Shown here: in pieces, positions 48,304-59,256 of the stretch
How the letters are laid out: each line of letters starts with the position of its first letter
Position numbering within the stretch: position 1 is the first letter of the stretch
Assembly (NCBI GenBank): GCA_020891255.1
Contig: BQFW01000009.1
Span: 744,001 to 808,000, forward strand
Direction: 5' to 3'
From: Entomortierella parvispora E1425
Taxonomy: Eukaryota > Fungi > Mortierellomycota
Length of the DNA: 64,000 nt
Program-made: the position numbers and the translations under genes
The notes under the pieces: model-generated
Told to the model about the DNA's origin: nothing
The model's input: the letters and a program-made list of their open reading frames with translations, nothing else
The model's database searches: none

Positions 48304-48939
48304 TTACTTCTCAGCTGGGGGTTGCTGAAGCAATTGAACCAATTGCTCCAACGATTCTTGGATCCTGTCCTCCACTCCAGCCTCCCTCCAGACCTTGATC
48401 TGATCCTCGGGGACTTTTCCATGCTCCTGCAATGTTTGCATAAAAGTTCTCACGGGGATTGGTAGGAGAACATTTGTGGCGGCGGCCTGCATTCTCAGTC
48501 CTCCAAGGATGCCTCTGAGGTGCTCCGCGGCTTTGTTACCACCGTGTCCTCCATAAGTCACGATGGCAGCGGGCTTTCCCTTCCACTCGTAAAAGAGGTA
48601 ATCGAGCGCGTTCTTCAGGGAGGCGGGGACAGACCAGTTGTATTGTGGGGTGACAAAGATAAATCCATCGTACGAAGAAATGACTGACGACCAGGCGCGT
48701 GTGTGGGCGTGGGCATAGTGAGGCGTGGGGTCTGAAGGAGGGAAGGTCGAAGGCACCGCGGGCTCGTCGTAGAGGGGGAGACCTTGGTCGGCAATGTCGA
48801 GAATGGTGAATGAGACGTTCGACGGTGCGAGTGGGGCGACGACTGACTGAATGTAGGTGGAAATGTAGGGGTTGACACGAGGGACGCGGGTACTGCAAGA
48901 GATGATTGCAATCTTCTTGTTATCGGTGGAGGGAGTCAT
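48304..48939 (-). CDS. NADPH-dependent FMN reductase (flavodoxin-like, Lot6/ChrR family), intronless
   Basis: STR phosphate loop (SCSTRVPR), FVTPQYNWSVPASLKNALDY, WKGKPAAIVTYGG and GGNKAAEHLR. Confidence 0.92.
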   Translation of the reverse strand: MTPSTDNKKIAIISCSTRVPRVNPYISTYIQSVVAPLAPSNVSFTILDIADQGLPLYDEPAVPSTFPPSDPTPHYAHAHTRAWSSVISSYDGFIFVTPQYNWSVPASLKNALDYLFYEWKGKPAAIVTYGGHGGNKAAEHLRGILGGLRMQAAATNVLLPIPVRTFMQTLQEHGKVPEDQIKVWREAGVEDRIQESLEQLVQLLQQPPAEK

Positions 48940-51786
48940 GGTGAAAGTGAATGAGGGTTGTGTGAAGATAAAGTGAAGAAGGAATGAAGTCGAGGAATGA
49001 GGAATGAAGAAAAGATCATTCAGGGACGCGCCTTTTTATTGGTTTTCTACGACGTGGAACAATGTCCATCTGATAATTTCCATATCCGTTTATTTATCCG
49101 TGTTTTATCCGTTCTTCTTCGGAGACCAATTGAAAGTACTGTGCGTCCCTCTAACAGCAGCGCCTCCCTGTCGAGGCCAACCATAGCGTAGGAGAACAAG
49201 CTCACCAAACGTCGGTTGAAGAGCATCGTCTATCCAGGATATCTTTCGCTGCGCCTGCCATTGGGACAGATTATCAAGCTTGGTCGTTTCCCGTAAGGTT
49301 GTTTTGATCATTTTCAATACAGTAGTCGAAGTCAGGATTTGCATCTTGAACGCATCCGCCAAGACAGTGCGCAGGTGCTCTTCCACCTTCTACCCACTAA
49401 ACCTACCGTCCGTGGAAACAATCGCAGCTAGTTTTCCCACTCGTGAAAGAGACAATCGAGTGAGGTCATGAGTCTCGGACACCACAGTTATACGCCGGCG
49501 TTACGAAGATGAAAACATCAAAGGATCAAACCTGAGCGGATCGTAGAATGAGTGTGTGCTCGTGTTGACAGTGCTGAGGGACAGTGCTGAGTTAGGTTCT
49601 CGGATGAAGACTGGTTGAGATCGAGGGGCTCGTCAAAGATGAAGCGCTACATGCTTTGGACGGAGTCCAATCAGGATTGGTCTGCGGGACTGGAAGTAGT
49701 GACAGCGACTTTTTTTTCAATCTCATACTCTGCCCCCTGCTGGTAGGATGGATTAGGTTGGGTGGCAAAGACAATATGTAGGAGCGAATTCATCTAAAGC
49801 TCCCTCGATCCTACACGTACTCCGCCCTGCAAGTATCTTTCAGCAATGAACCCTTGACTTTTGAGATGACAAACACGCTGTCTGTGCAACAAGAGGCCAG
49901 TTTGACATAGAAATCCTAGGCGTTATTACAGTTCTGAGTAGCGTTCTGAGCGACTCCTCAGGAACCTATTTATTCCTTTCCGTCTTCCCCACCCACCCTC
50001 ACACCCCCTCGGCCATCAGCAAACAACGCAACGCAGTTTCAAAGAGCAGACTTTCAGGTGATGTACGTACCTTTCCTCTGGTGTGTGTTGCTCCCCACAT
50101 TTGGACATTTGGGGAGTCCCAATCTGTACTCGCGGTTTGAACTTTTCTGCTGTTTATGTCGTGTAGCATGCAAGGCTCGATCTCAAGCCACCCAGGCACG
50201 CAAACCAAGCAGCACTTTCCTGAATGAAATGACCCGCAAAGAAGCGTTACACTGTTCGCCGCATGGAACAACTGATAATAACGGCATTGTTTTGTTCCTG
50301 GATCGCCAACCTTCTCTCCGTAGATGCCCTGGTCTACGAGGAAATCACAACTTTTCCTACGTCCTCTGCCGCGGAAAAACGCTGGCAGGATGCTATTTTG
50401 CATGAGATAGATAAGGGGAAAGGATGGACCCCCTTGCCTCTTTTCTTGTGGTCACCAGGTGACGTTTTAGACCAATCTTCCTACCACAACCCATCTTTTA
50501 GACTGGCGGCTCCGTTGAAAGGCTCAAAAGTCGACACCATGTCTGATCAACACACAGGTGATAGATGTTTACAAGCGTGAGTGCGCCGTGTGGCGATGGA
50601 CCCAAACAAACACCAAGCAAAGTAAACAACAACACACACTGTTCTATGAAGCGACTACGAAAGGAAGGATCTGAACAGATGGTCCTTGATGACTCCCCTT
50701 TGGATAAGCCCGATTGTGCCAGACCTTCCATCTTCGAATTTTATCAAGGGGCAGGAACGATTTTCCCAACTCAAACGCTCTCTTGAGATTGAGTTTCCCT
50801 CTCGTTGTGATCGGCAGGAATGATGGATTTGGTCATGTCGATGGTCGTGGACTTGGTCAACTTTTGTCATCCTTTCACGAGTAGAACCGGGCAAAGGAAT
50901 TACTTTGCTGGCAATCACACGATCTTTCAAAGGCACAATAATGGCACAAGAGGGAGAAAGAGACTTTCAGAGATAGGGCCGGTTTCAAAAGTGGTTAAGT
51001 CGTTCATTTCCCCAAGGCCAATGAGTGGAGCGCCATCGGTTTCTGAGACTCCAGAAGTGACGAGGCAATGAATGCATCGCTTGGTACCTAGTACAGTAAG
51101 CGGGTGAGGTGAAACGAGAGACTAGGGCAACAAATGAATGACAGTTGACAAAGGTCATCGGTTCAAACTGCCCTTTGTCCCTGGATCGACCAGGACAATT
51201 TTCTGTTTTCTTTTTCCTGCCCAGAGAACTTTACTGCCGTTTTGCGCTGTCTAATCTTTTTTTTTATTTTATTTTTTGCGGGGGAAGCCATGCATGGACC
51301 GTGAGCTCAAACAAGGAAGCAATGAAAATCAGACGAGAACAAACAAGGGTGGGAAAACCTTCTTTCATTTGTTTTAGATTGGTGGCGATCGAACAATGAA
51401 GAGGAACACAAATGACAGCAAAGGTACCGAGGATGCATGCACTAGAACATCCCAGAAGAGGACTGCCGACAGATGCAGACTGAAGGACAGACAATCCAAA
51501 GAGAAAAGAGTTCAGTCAGAGAAGAGCACAAAGAAGAGGACGAACCCCAGCCCAGCCCTCGCGTGCGCCCACAGCCACGTCCGGCCGTTTCGTCACCGAC
51601 GGTGGCCTAGAAGCGCACCAACGAGGGCCCAAAATCAAGCTTTCTTCCGTTAGGCCGGACCTGCGGGTTTTAGCCTATTGCGTGCGTGCTTCGACCGTAC
51701 GCGCCCCCTGTTTGTCCACCCCACCCCACCCCTGTTGCACCGTACTCGCTGGTCCACGGACCGGGACCTCGTTACATCGGTGCAAG

Positions 51787-51793
51787 TATAAAG
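51787..51793 (+). promoter_or_regulatory. TATA-like box upstream of the permease
   Basis: TATAAAG about 165 bp before the ATG at 51952, followed by a CT-rich leader. Positional inference only. Confidence 0.35.
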
Positions 51794-51951
51794 ACGCATC
51801 CCATCAGCACGACATCCTTTTCCCCCCACATCTCTCTCCTCCTTTTCGCTCCTTTTCTTTTCTTTTCGTTCTCCCCACCTCCCCCCTCTTTCTCTGCCTC
51901 CGCTGCTTTATCTCCCACGAATACCACTTTACATCACCACCATATCCCATC

Positions 51952-53580
51952 ATGGAGAAAGGAGAAGCCAGCTTCTCGTCAAATGATGAGAGCAAAATTG
52001 AGGAGAACCCTGTCGAGAACCCTGAGTTCAACCTGGCGGAGAAGCATGACCAGCTCGCCCGTGGACTCAAAAGTCGTCATATTCAGTTCCTTGCTCTTGG
52101 AGGAGCCATTGGAACTGGACTCTTTGTCGGCTCTGGTGCCATCCTCGCCTCCACTGGCCCAGCCCCCCTCTTCATGGCCTATCTGTCCATGATGCTGGTC
52201 GTCTGGAATGTGATGAACAACTTGGCCGAGATGGTGGTGTATCTCCCCATGCGTGGTATCACAGTCCCTTACTTTGTGGGTCGATTTGTAGACCCAAGTC
52301 TTGCTTTCGCCGTGGGTTGGAACTACTGGTACGCCTACGCCATGCTTATCGGAGCTGAGGCAACCGCCGCAGGAATCGTCATTGACTATTGGCAACTCCC
52401 TGTCAACATCGCTGTATGGATCACTATTGTTCTCGTCGTCATGCTTCTCCTCAACATCATCGCCGTCAGCTTCTTTGGAGAAGCCGAGTTCTGGTTTGCC
52501 AGTATCAAGCTCATCACCATCTGTGGCCTTATCATCACCGGCGTCGTTATCTTCTTTGGAGGTGGGCCCGACCAGCACAGCGTGCTAGGATTTCACTATT
52601 GGAAAGAAGCTGGTGCATTTGTAGAATACAAAGCAGCGGGAAGTGCTGGTCGCTTCCTGGCCTACTGGCACGCCTTTATCAGCGCTGGTTTTGCCTTCAT
52701 CACCTCGCCCGAGCTTATCGCCATTGCTGCCGGTGAGACCATTGATCCCCGCAAGAACATTCCCAAGGCTGCCCGTCGCTTCGTCTGGCGTTTGGCCATC
52801 TTCTACGGCATCTCTTCTCTCCTTATCGGTATCCTCGTCCCTTCGAACGACCCCAACCTTCTCGGAGCCTCCAACGCCAGCGCATCCCCTTTTGTCATTG
52901 GCATCCAGCGTGTCGGCATCCCTGTTCTCAGCCATGTGATCAACGCCGCCATCTTGACCTCTGCCTGGTCTGCGGGCAACTCGTTCTTGTACTCTGGAAG
53001 CAGAGTTTTGTACTCCATGTCTCTCAATGGCCAGGCTCCCAAGTTTTTCGGCATCACCAATCGCCGTGGAGTTCCATATGTCGCAGTCCTGTTCACTTGG
53101 TGCTTCTCACTGCTGGCGTATCTGAACGTCTCCTCCTCTGGTGCTACCGTCTTCAATTGGTTTGTGAACATCTCTACTATCTCCGGCTTTATTGCCTGGA
53201 TTGTGGTCATGATCACCTACCTCCGTTTCCGCCGAGCCATGGAATTCAACGACATGTTGAAGGTCCTCCCTTACAAGACACCCTTGCAGCCCTATGCCAC
53301 CTACATCACACTGTTCATTGTCTCGTTGCTGACGATCACCAGTGGATTCCAAACGTTCATCCCATTCTCTGCCCAGAATTTTGTGGCAGGTTACATCACC
53401 ATTCCCTTCTTCTTGATTCTCTACATTGGCCACAAAATCTATTACAGAACGCCCCTGTATATCCCTGTGGACCAAATCGACTGTCTCACAGGCAAGAAGG
53501 AGATGGACGAACTCGAGGCCATGACAGAAGACCGTGTGGCCAAGAACTGGTGGATGAAGGTCTGGTACTGGCTGGCTTAA
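51952..53580 (+). CDS. APC/YAT family amino-acid permease, proline-permease-like (Put4/PrnB type), intronless, 542 aa
   Basis: LARGLKSRHIQFLALGGAIGTGLFVGSG, FGEAEFWFASIK, AAGETIDPRKNIPKA and LTSAWSAGNSFLY. About 12 hydrophobic segments. Substrate specificity is inferred. Confidence 0.93.
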   Translation: MEKGEASFSSNDESKIEENPVENPEFNLAEKHDQLARGLKSRHIQFLALGGAIGTGLFVGSGAILASTGPAPLFMAYLSMMLVVWNVMNNLAEMVVYLPMRGITVPYFVGRFVDPSLAFAVGWNYWYAYAMLIGAEATAAGIVIDYWQLPVNIAVWITIVLVVMLLLNIIAVSFFGEAEFWFASIKLITICGLIITGVVIFFGGGPDQHSVLGFHYWKEAGAFVEYKAAGSAGRFLAYWHAFISAGFAFITSPELIAIAAGETIDPRKNIPKAARRFVWRLAIFYGISSLLIGILVPSNDPNLLGASNASASPFVIGIQRVGIPVLSHVINAAILTSAWSAGNSFLYSGSRVLYSMSLNGQAPKFFGITNRRGVPYVAVLFTWCFSLLAYLNVSSSGATVFNWFVNISTISGFIAWIVVMITYLRFRRAMEFNDMLKVLPYKTPLQPYATYITLFIVSLLTITSGFQTFIPFSAQNFVAGYITIPFFLILYIGHKIYYRTPLYIPVDQIDCLTGKKEMDELEAMTEDRVAKNWWMKVWYWLA

Positions 53581-55515
53581 ATCAAGTGCCTTGGGTAGCC
53601 CCATGTGGACGATCTTAGTATTTATAAAAAGTGTATAATAATAAACTATTTCTGAGGGAGGAACATTACCTCCCCTTCGACTCCTCAAACAACCCAACCC
53701 TCAATATTACTGCCGAGAAGGAGCAGTACAAGAGATGTCCTTTGTCATGCTGAAGACCCCACTAAGCTGAGTGTCTGTTTTGTGGAGGGAAAACGTCCCG
53801 TTGTTTTGTTTTTTCGTTGGAATCGGGAGATCGACCTCCTGTCGGCTGAGGACAGTGAGGGCCAGGGGGTGTTGAGCGATCCTGTGCTAGTGAGGTGTCT
53901 TGGTTTCGGGCTTTTGCACAAAGTGGGAGGGGGTTGTTTGTGCTAGTGCAAACCGAGGCAAAAGCAATGATGTCGCGACCAAGGCGAGGAGGTCCTCCGA
54001 TAGGGAGCATATTCCCAACAAAAACATGACAATGACGATTTGTTGAATGAACAGAACGGCGATTGACCTTTTTGTGTTCACGAGTTCCTCGCAGCATGGC
54101 GTTGACTGAATACCATCATGGAGGTTCCTTTTCGACTCTGTGAGGTCTCTCATTGAACCACTGGTGAAAAAAAAAAAATGGTTTGTGCTCTACTGCACCG
54201 AGGGAGGTCCAACCCCCGCCCTTGGAGAGTCCATTGGTCCGCTGCGAACCCCTTGATCTTGCTCGCTTTTCCTTGTCAGTCAGCATCCTACATCTCAAAC
54301 GGCCCCTCGTCAAAAGACGACGGAACGAATGAACGTGTTGATGTTTCCGTTGGATTTTACACTGATTTAGAGGCTTATCTTTCATGGCTGGATTGCGACC
54401 TAGGGACTGCTGTACTCGTTGCCAGTGCCCCCCGCCAAAGAACATACGTGAAAGCTTCGAAATCGAGGGCGTTGCCGTTAACAGGTCGACAAGACTAGCT
54501 GAGAACTTTTGTCTCGCCTGGGGAATGTTCCTTTGATTGGTCGTTACCCGCGGTGATTCGTCATGACCTCAAATGGGGTGGATCGAGCACAGAGCACCAA
54601 GGTTGTTGGCGCCCAGTGGACTAGTGGATTTCGATGGTTGATGTCTGACCCCAGATTGCAACAGAGAGCCTCACCAGAGAGAGTGAGATACGGCTCCATG
54701 CACGGAGAAAGAACTCATGGGACTCAACTCTCCCAGAAATATAGGAAAAATGTTGGGCGGGGTCACATTTATCAGGCACAGGCCTAACTTTTTAGCACCA
54801 TGTTGACGTCCATTGCCATCCCTTCCTTAATGGAGACTAGCATGATAAAACAGCAGCTTTGCTTCTATTGCAAGACTAACGTGTTCCTGACGAATAGACT
54901 GAAAGAACAAAACAGAAAGGAAAGAGAATGATGTCATGTTGCAATAATTTGCCAAGGAAGCAATACGATATCTCTATTGAAAAAGTTCTTGAACAAGCAA
55001 GACTGGTATTGAAAGCAGTTTTTGTCCCCTAAAATGCCTCATCTGACACGTCTGCTATAACTCGAATGCCCCGCAATGGCTAGAGTCCATCGGCTGAACA
55101 GGGTACAATTGCGGCGTTTCTTGAGCGAGCACAACCGAGTGTTTGTTGTTCAGGTCAAAGTCGTGAGAAAAAGTCGGTGAGAAATCAAAAATATGTCCAG
55201 CAGATCTTTATCCCTCCTAGAGAAAGATATTAACGACTGCCCTCTCTCTGGCAAGTCACCTTGCATGTGCCGCCGAAGCCTCTGCAGCAGGTGCAGGCAA
55301 TTGTGCTGTGTCCTGTGTTGCCATGCTTTTGAATCGACAGCCAAAAGACTCTTGGATTGAAAGGCTACTCTGGTACAGCTCATGTTCTCTAAAGAAAGAC
55401 AGACTTACAAAGTGATGGAGAGCAAAAGTGGCCCGGACGTGATAAAAAACAAAAAAAGAGTTGAGTGGCTCAACCGCGAACCCTCCACCAGGTCTTGTTG
55501 TCGGGTTGCATTGTT

Positions 55516-55902
55516 TTACTGGAGATTCTGCTCTTGGTAAAAGATGAAGGGGATATCGGCTTCAGTCAAGGGCACATAGCCCTTTGAGTCCTCGTTCATG
55601 ATCACGACGGGGCCTGGGATCTCTGCGATGTGGATCTTGGAGCATCGCTTGTTGATGGGACCACCGCCCCTGCCATAGTTGGTGCGAATGAATCCTGCAA
55701 GACGGTAACCCTTTTCGGCAAGCTTCATGTCTCCAAATGCAAGGCCCTCGTAGTGCTCGGACTCCAGGAGCTCGCTCAGTTTAGTGGTCGACGTGTAAGG
55801 AATGACCTTGATCTCTCCCTCCACGGGAACATACAAGACTGTCCTCTTTGTCCTGTCTCTGTTCTCAAAATCAGGGAGCCCGGAAGGTGGATTTAAGCTC
55901 AT
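55516..55902 (-). CDS. Small (128 aa) DUF3846-like protein, intronless
   Basis: ATG at 55902 follows a pyrimidine-rich leader. The order TVLYVPVEGEIKV...LSELLE...PINKRCSKI...IPGPVVIMNED...G.VPLTEADI resembles the DUF3846 pattern as recalled. The CDS looks real; the family call is tentative. Confidence 0.55.
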   Translation of the reverse strand: MSLNPPSGLPDFENRDRTKRTVLYVPVEGEIKVIPYTSTTKLSELLESEHYEGLAFGDMKLAEKGYRLAGFIRTNYGRGGGPINKRCSKIHIAEIPGPVVIMNEDSKGYVPLTEADIPFIFYQEQNLQ

Positions 55903-57012
55903 TGTTGAATGCAATTGGATGAATGGAGAGATGGAGAGATGGATTGATGAACTGGATGAAAGAATGAACAATGGGCCGATTAATTGCTAGCGCCATGCAT
56001 CCAAACACCGCATGGGCCGTGAATTCACGTCTAAACTCACGTCCTTCTTCAGCTGAATATCCCCTCCCAAAATCAGCCACACGATCAGACATTGAGCAAG
56101 ACGGAGAAAGAAAAAGAGGAACGACAATCTTTATCGTGGTGTGCAATCGGGCATGACCCCTCTTTAAACCACGTATCAGATCCTCACTCCTCTCTCTCTT
56201 CTGTCCAAGTCTGATCTCTATAAAGGCAATGCACATGTTAGGATCGAATAGGAGCCCTCTCCTCGCAAGGGGACATAAAATTATCATAAAGTTTTGGGAG
56301 TTTGATATCAGGCCAAAAGACGGGAAGTCTGGCCCAGGACAGGGGGGGTTGACGAAGAAGGACCGAGTTTGGGGTGCAATGGAAATTCTCAACTCTCGAG
56401 ATTCCAGCCCCGGTCCCTCCTCTAAGTATCTTTAATCTCGGCGCTAGCAGCGTGCCCAAAGGCATCACCGCGTCAATTACTCTTCCCATAACACACCACA
56501 CAAAACACATTATCCGGCTAACAAAGGGGAAATCTGGGGGGCTGAGACTGAGGTCCTGTATACGACAGAATCCACAATTCAGCGACACAGCAGAAAAAAA
56601 GGGGGCGGGATAGAAATGTTGCAAAGGTAGAGAAAAGTCCAAGAAAAAGATCCAATGGGTTGGGTTGTTGTGGAGGGGCATTGTCCATCCTCGACAGGGA
56701 AGTGCGATCCAAGTCAAGGGAAAAAAAAAAAAAGAAAAAAAAAATGTCAAAAAAAAGTCCAAAAACTTTTCAAAAAAAAAAAAGTGAAAAAAGTATAGGG
56801 AAAGGATCAAGGGTGACAGAGCTGCGATATAGAATGTAGAGAGTGGTTGCAGTTGAGCTTGACAAAGAAAGAGAGGGGAGGGGGTAAAACACAAAAGAAA
56901 AGGGTTGATGGTACAGAAAAAGAAGATGGTAAAAAATGTACAGCTCAAGCAAACGGAGGAATATGAGGATCGGAAGAGTCTACGCGACAGCGACGATCAA
57001 AGGGGGTATCAA

Positions 57013-59256
57013 TCATTCGCTGGCAAAGACGGCGATCGAGGATGCGGCCTGCTGCCACATGTTGCCATCGAGTGCTTCGTTGGCATGACGAGAGAAGCCG
57101 CTCAAGGCCATATTCATCGAGGCGGCAGTGGCAGATGACGATGACTTTGAGGACGAAGTATGTCCAGACGACGACATAGAGGAATCATTGTCGTCTCGCT
57201 CCTGGTCAGCTGAAAGATTAGAGCTGCCCTCGTTGTCATCATCTTTGTCCATCGTCATTCCACGGCCCATGAACGCGTTCGATTCCTCGTGGGAGCTCAG
57301 GAAAGCTGCCATCATCTCAGTGGACTGGTTCTGGAGAAGACCTGCGTTTGCAGAAGCCCAGTGATCAGGAGCGGACGAGAGTCCGAGGTTGTTCGGACCA
57401 GTCTCTGATGTGGTTGGAGTGCCTGACATCTGGTGTGCCTGGATCAAGTTGAGCAGCTGTTGTTCATGGTCAAGGGTGGATGCTTGCAGGGCTGGCATAC
57501 CCAAACGGTATCGCAGAACGTGGCATCGTTTCTCGAGAATGTTCAAGAACTTGTACATTTGACCTGGACGCATGTGCTCCACCAATAGTTGGAAACGCGC
57601 GTCGTCAAAGATGAGCGACTTTGGAGGCGTACCAGATCCGGGCGTGAGTGTGTTCGTGTGGCCAGCGGTTGGGGCACCAAAGGCAGTGGGAGGGAGTGCG
57701 TAATGGCTCATTGGCGCTGTTCCTGAGCTGGCATCAGGATAAGTCATAGGCGAACAGACGGAACTCGAGGGCGAAAAGGCACCCCCATCGTTGGTCAGCT
57801 GCGGGGAGCTGTTGTTAGAGGAAGGAGACAGGTTGGCGGACAGGAAGGAGGCAGCACCAAAAGCTGAATCTTGAGCGGTGATAAATGAAAATGCCTGACC
57901 CAACAAGAGTGCGTTGTTAAGAGAACTAAGTGTTGCAAAGGCATCGGCGCTGGATGACATGGGACTTGGCATCTGAGGAGAAAGAAGAGGGCTCTTGTTC
58001 TTGTCTGAAGCATCATCGGTGTTTCCGTTTGCATCTTCATCGACCGTCTTGTCATCATGAGAAGAGTCGGACGAATCAGACGAAGGAGCAGAGTCTATAT
58101 CGCAACCCACGCTCTCTGGCGACGAGATCACAGGTGAAGACGCCGCGGGCGACATTATGGTCTCTTTCTTTGGTGAGGAGGGTGATGTCTTGGATGTAGC
58201 AAGCGAGTATGGTGCTGAGGACTCTCGAGGGTTTCCGAGACTGTTGGAGGGCTTTTGACGAACATGAAGAGGTCGATGTCCGTTGTATTGCTTGTAATAG
58301 AGCCCACAGGCGTTACAGAGGGAATGCTTGCGATCAAGGGTACGTCTCCAAAGAGGGGTCTGTGTCACCTTGCAGTTGAAACATTCCAAAGCGCGAGGAG
58401 GACGAGCGCTCTGCTTCTTCGGCTTTTGGGACTTGGAGCCGAGTTTCTGAAGGGCTGTCAGGCTCCAGAGTTGACTGTCTGCCTTGGACGAAAGAGCTGT
58501 GGCGCCAGCAGAGTCTGAGCTGGACGCCGGCTTGGCCGCAAGAAGAGTGGGCGTGGCCTTGACCAGGTCAAGTTCACCGAAAGGATCACTGTCGTTTCTG
58601 GTCGGCAACTCTGCAAGAGGCTCTTGCTGCTGCTGCTGATTGTGCATCTGAGCATGCATCATCAGTTGCTGTTGGAATTGCTGTTGTTGCATCTGTTGTT
58701 GATGCTTGAGCAACTGAAGCCGAAAGTACTCTTGTTGTTCGGGCGTGGGCTGCAAATCATCTTCATCATCATTCGAAGTGGCAGCTGCTGACCCCCACGA
58801 AGCGGAAGAAGTGGTCGTCGATGACTTCGCAGATCGAGCGAAGGTTTGGAGCGGCTGTTGCTGTCGTTGTTGTTGTTGCTGCTGTTGCTGCTGCTGTAGT
58901 TGTTGACGTTGCTGCAACTGCTGTTGCAACACGGCCAATGCTCGTGTGCCTAGAATGGGCAGTGGAGAAACAGACACGTTAGGCTATCAGCTCAAGGAAA
59001 TAACCATTGGCTTAGCAAGTAGTCACAACATACCTGATATGTTTTGGAGGATTGAGCTGGCCAAGTCTTTCAATGGGATTCCAGCTGGGGTCATCTCGTC
59101 GGATGAGATACTCTCGAGGATGCTGTTCCTCTGGTTAATGATGTGCTGCTGCAACAACTGCTCGGGACCGCTTGGACGAGATATAGCTCGCTTGGCAGCG
59201 ATGGGCCAGACAGAGGAGGTGGTCGAGGATGCACTGTCGGTATTGCTGGGGGCCAT
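57013..59256 (-). CDS. GATA-type zinc-finger transcription factor (C-X2-C-X18-C-X2-C); 2 exons
   Basis: [38 protein letters not shown]. Exon 59256-59034 plus exon 58949-57013 (intron GTATGT...TTCTAG). PolyQ tracts. Confidence 0.93.

Noticed and set aside
49000-51650. Short ORFs between the FMN reductase and the permease
   Set aside because: No recognisable domain in any frame; treated as intergenic or unresolved.
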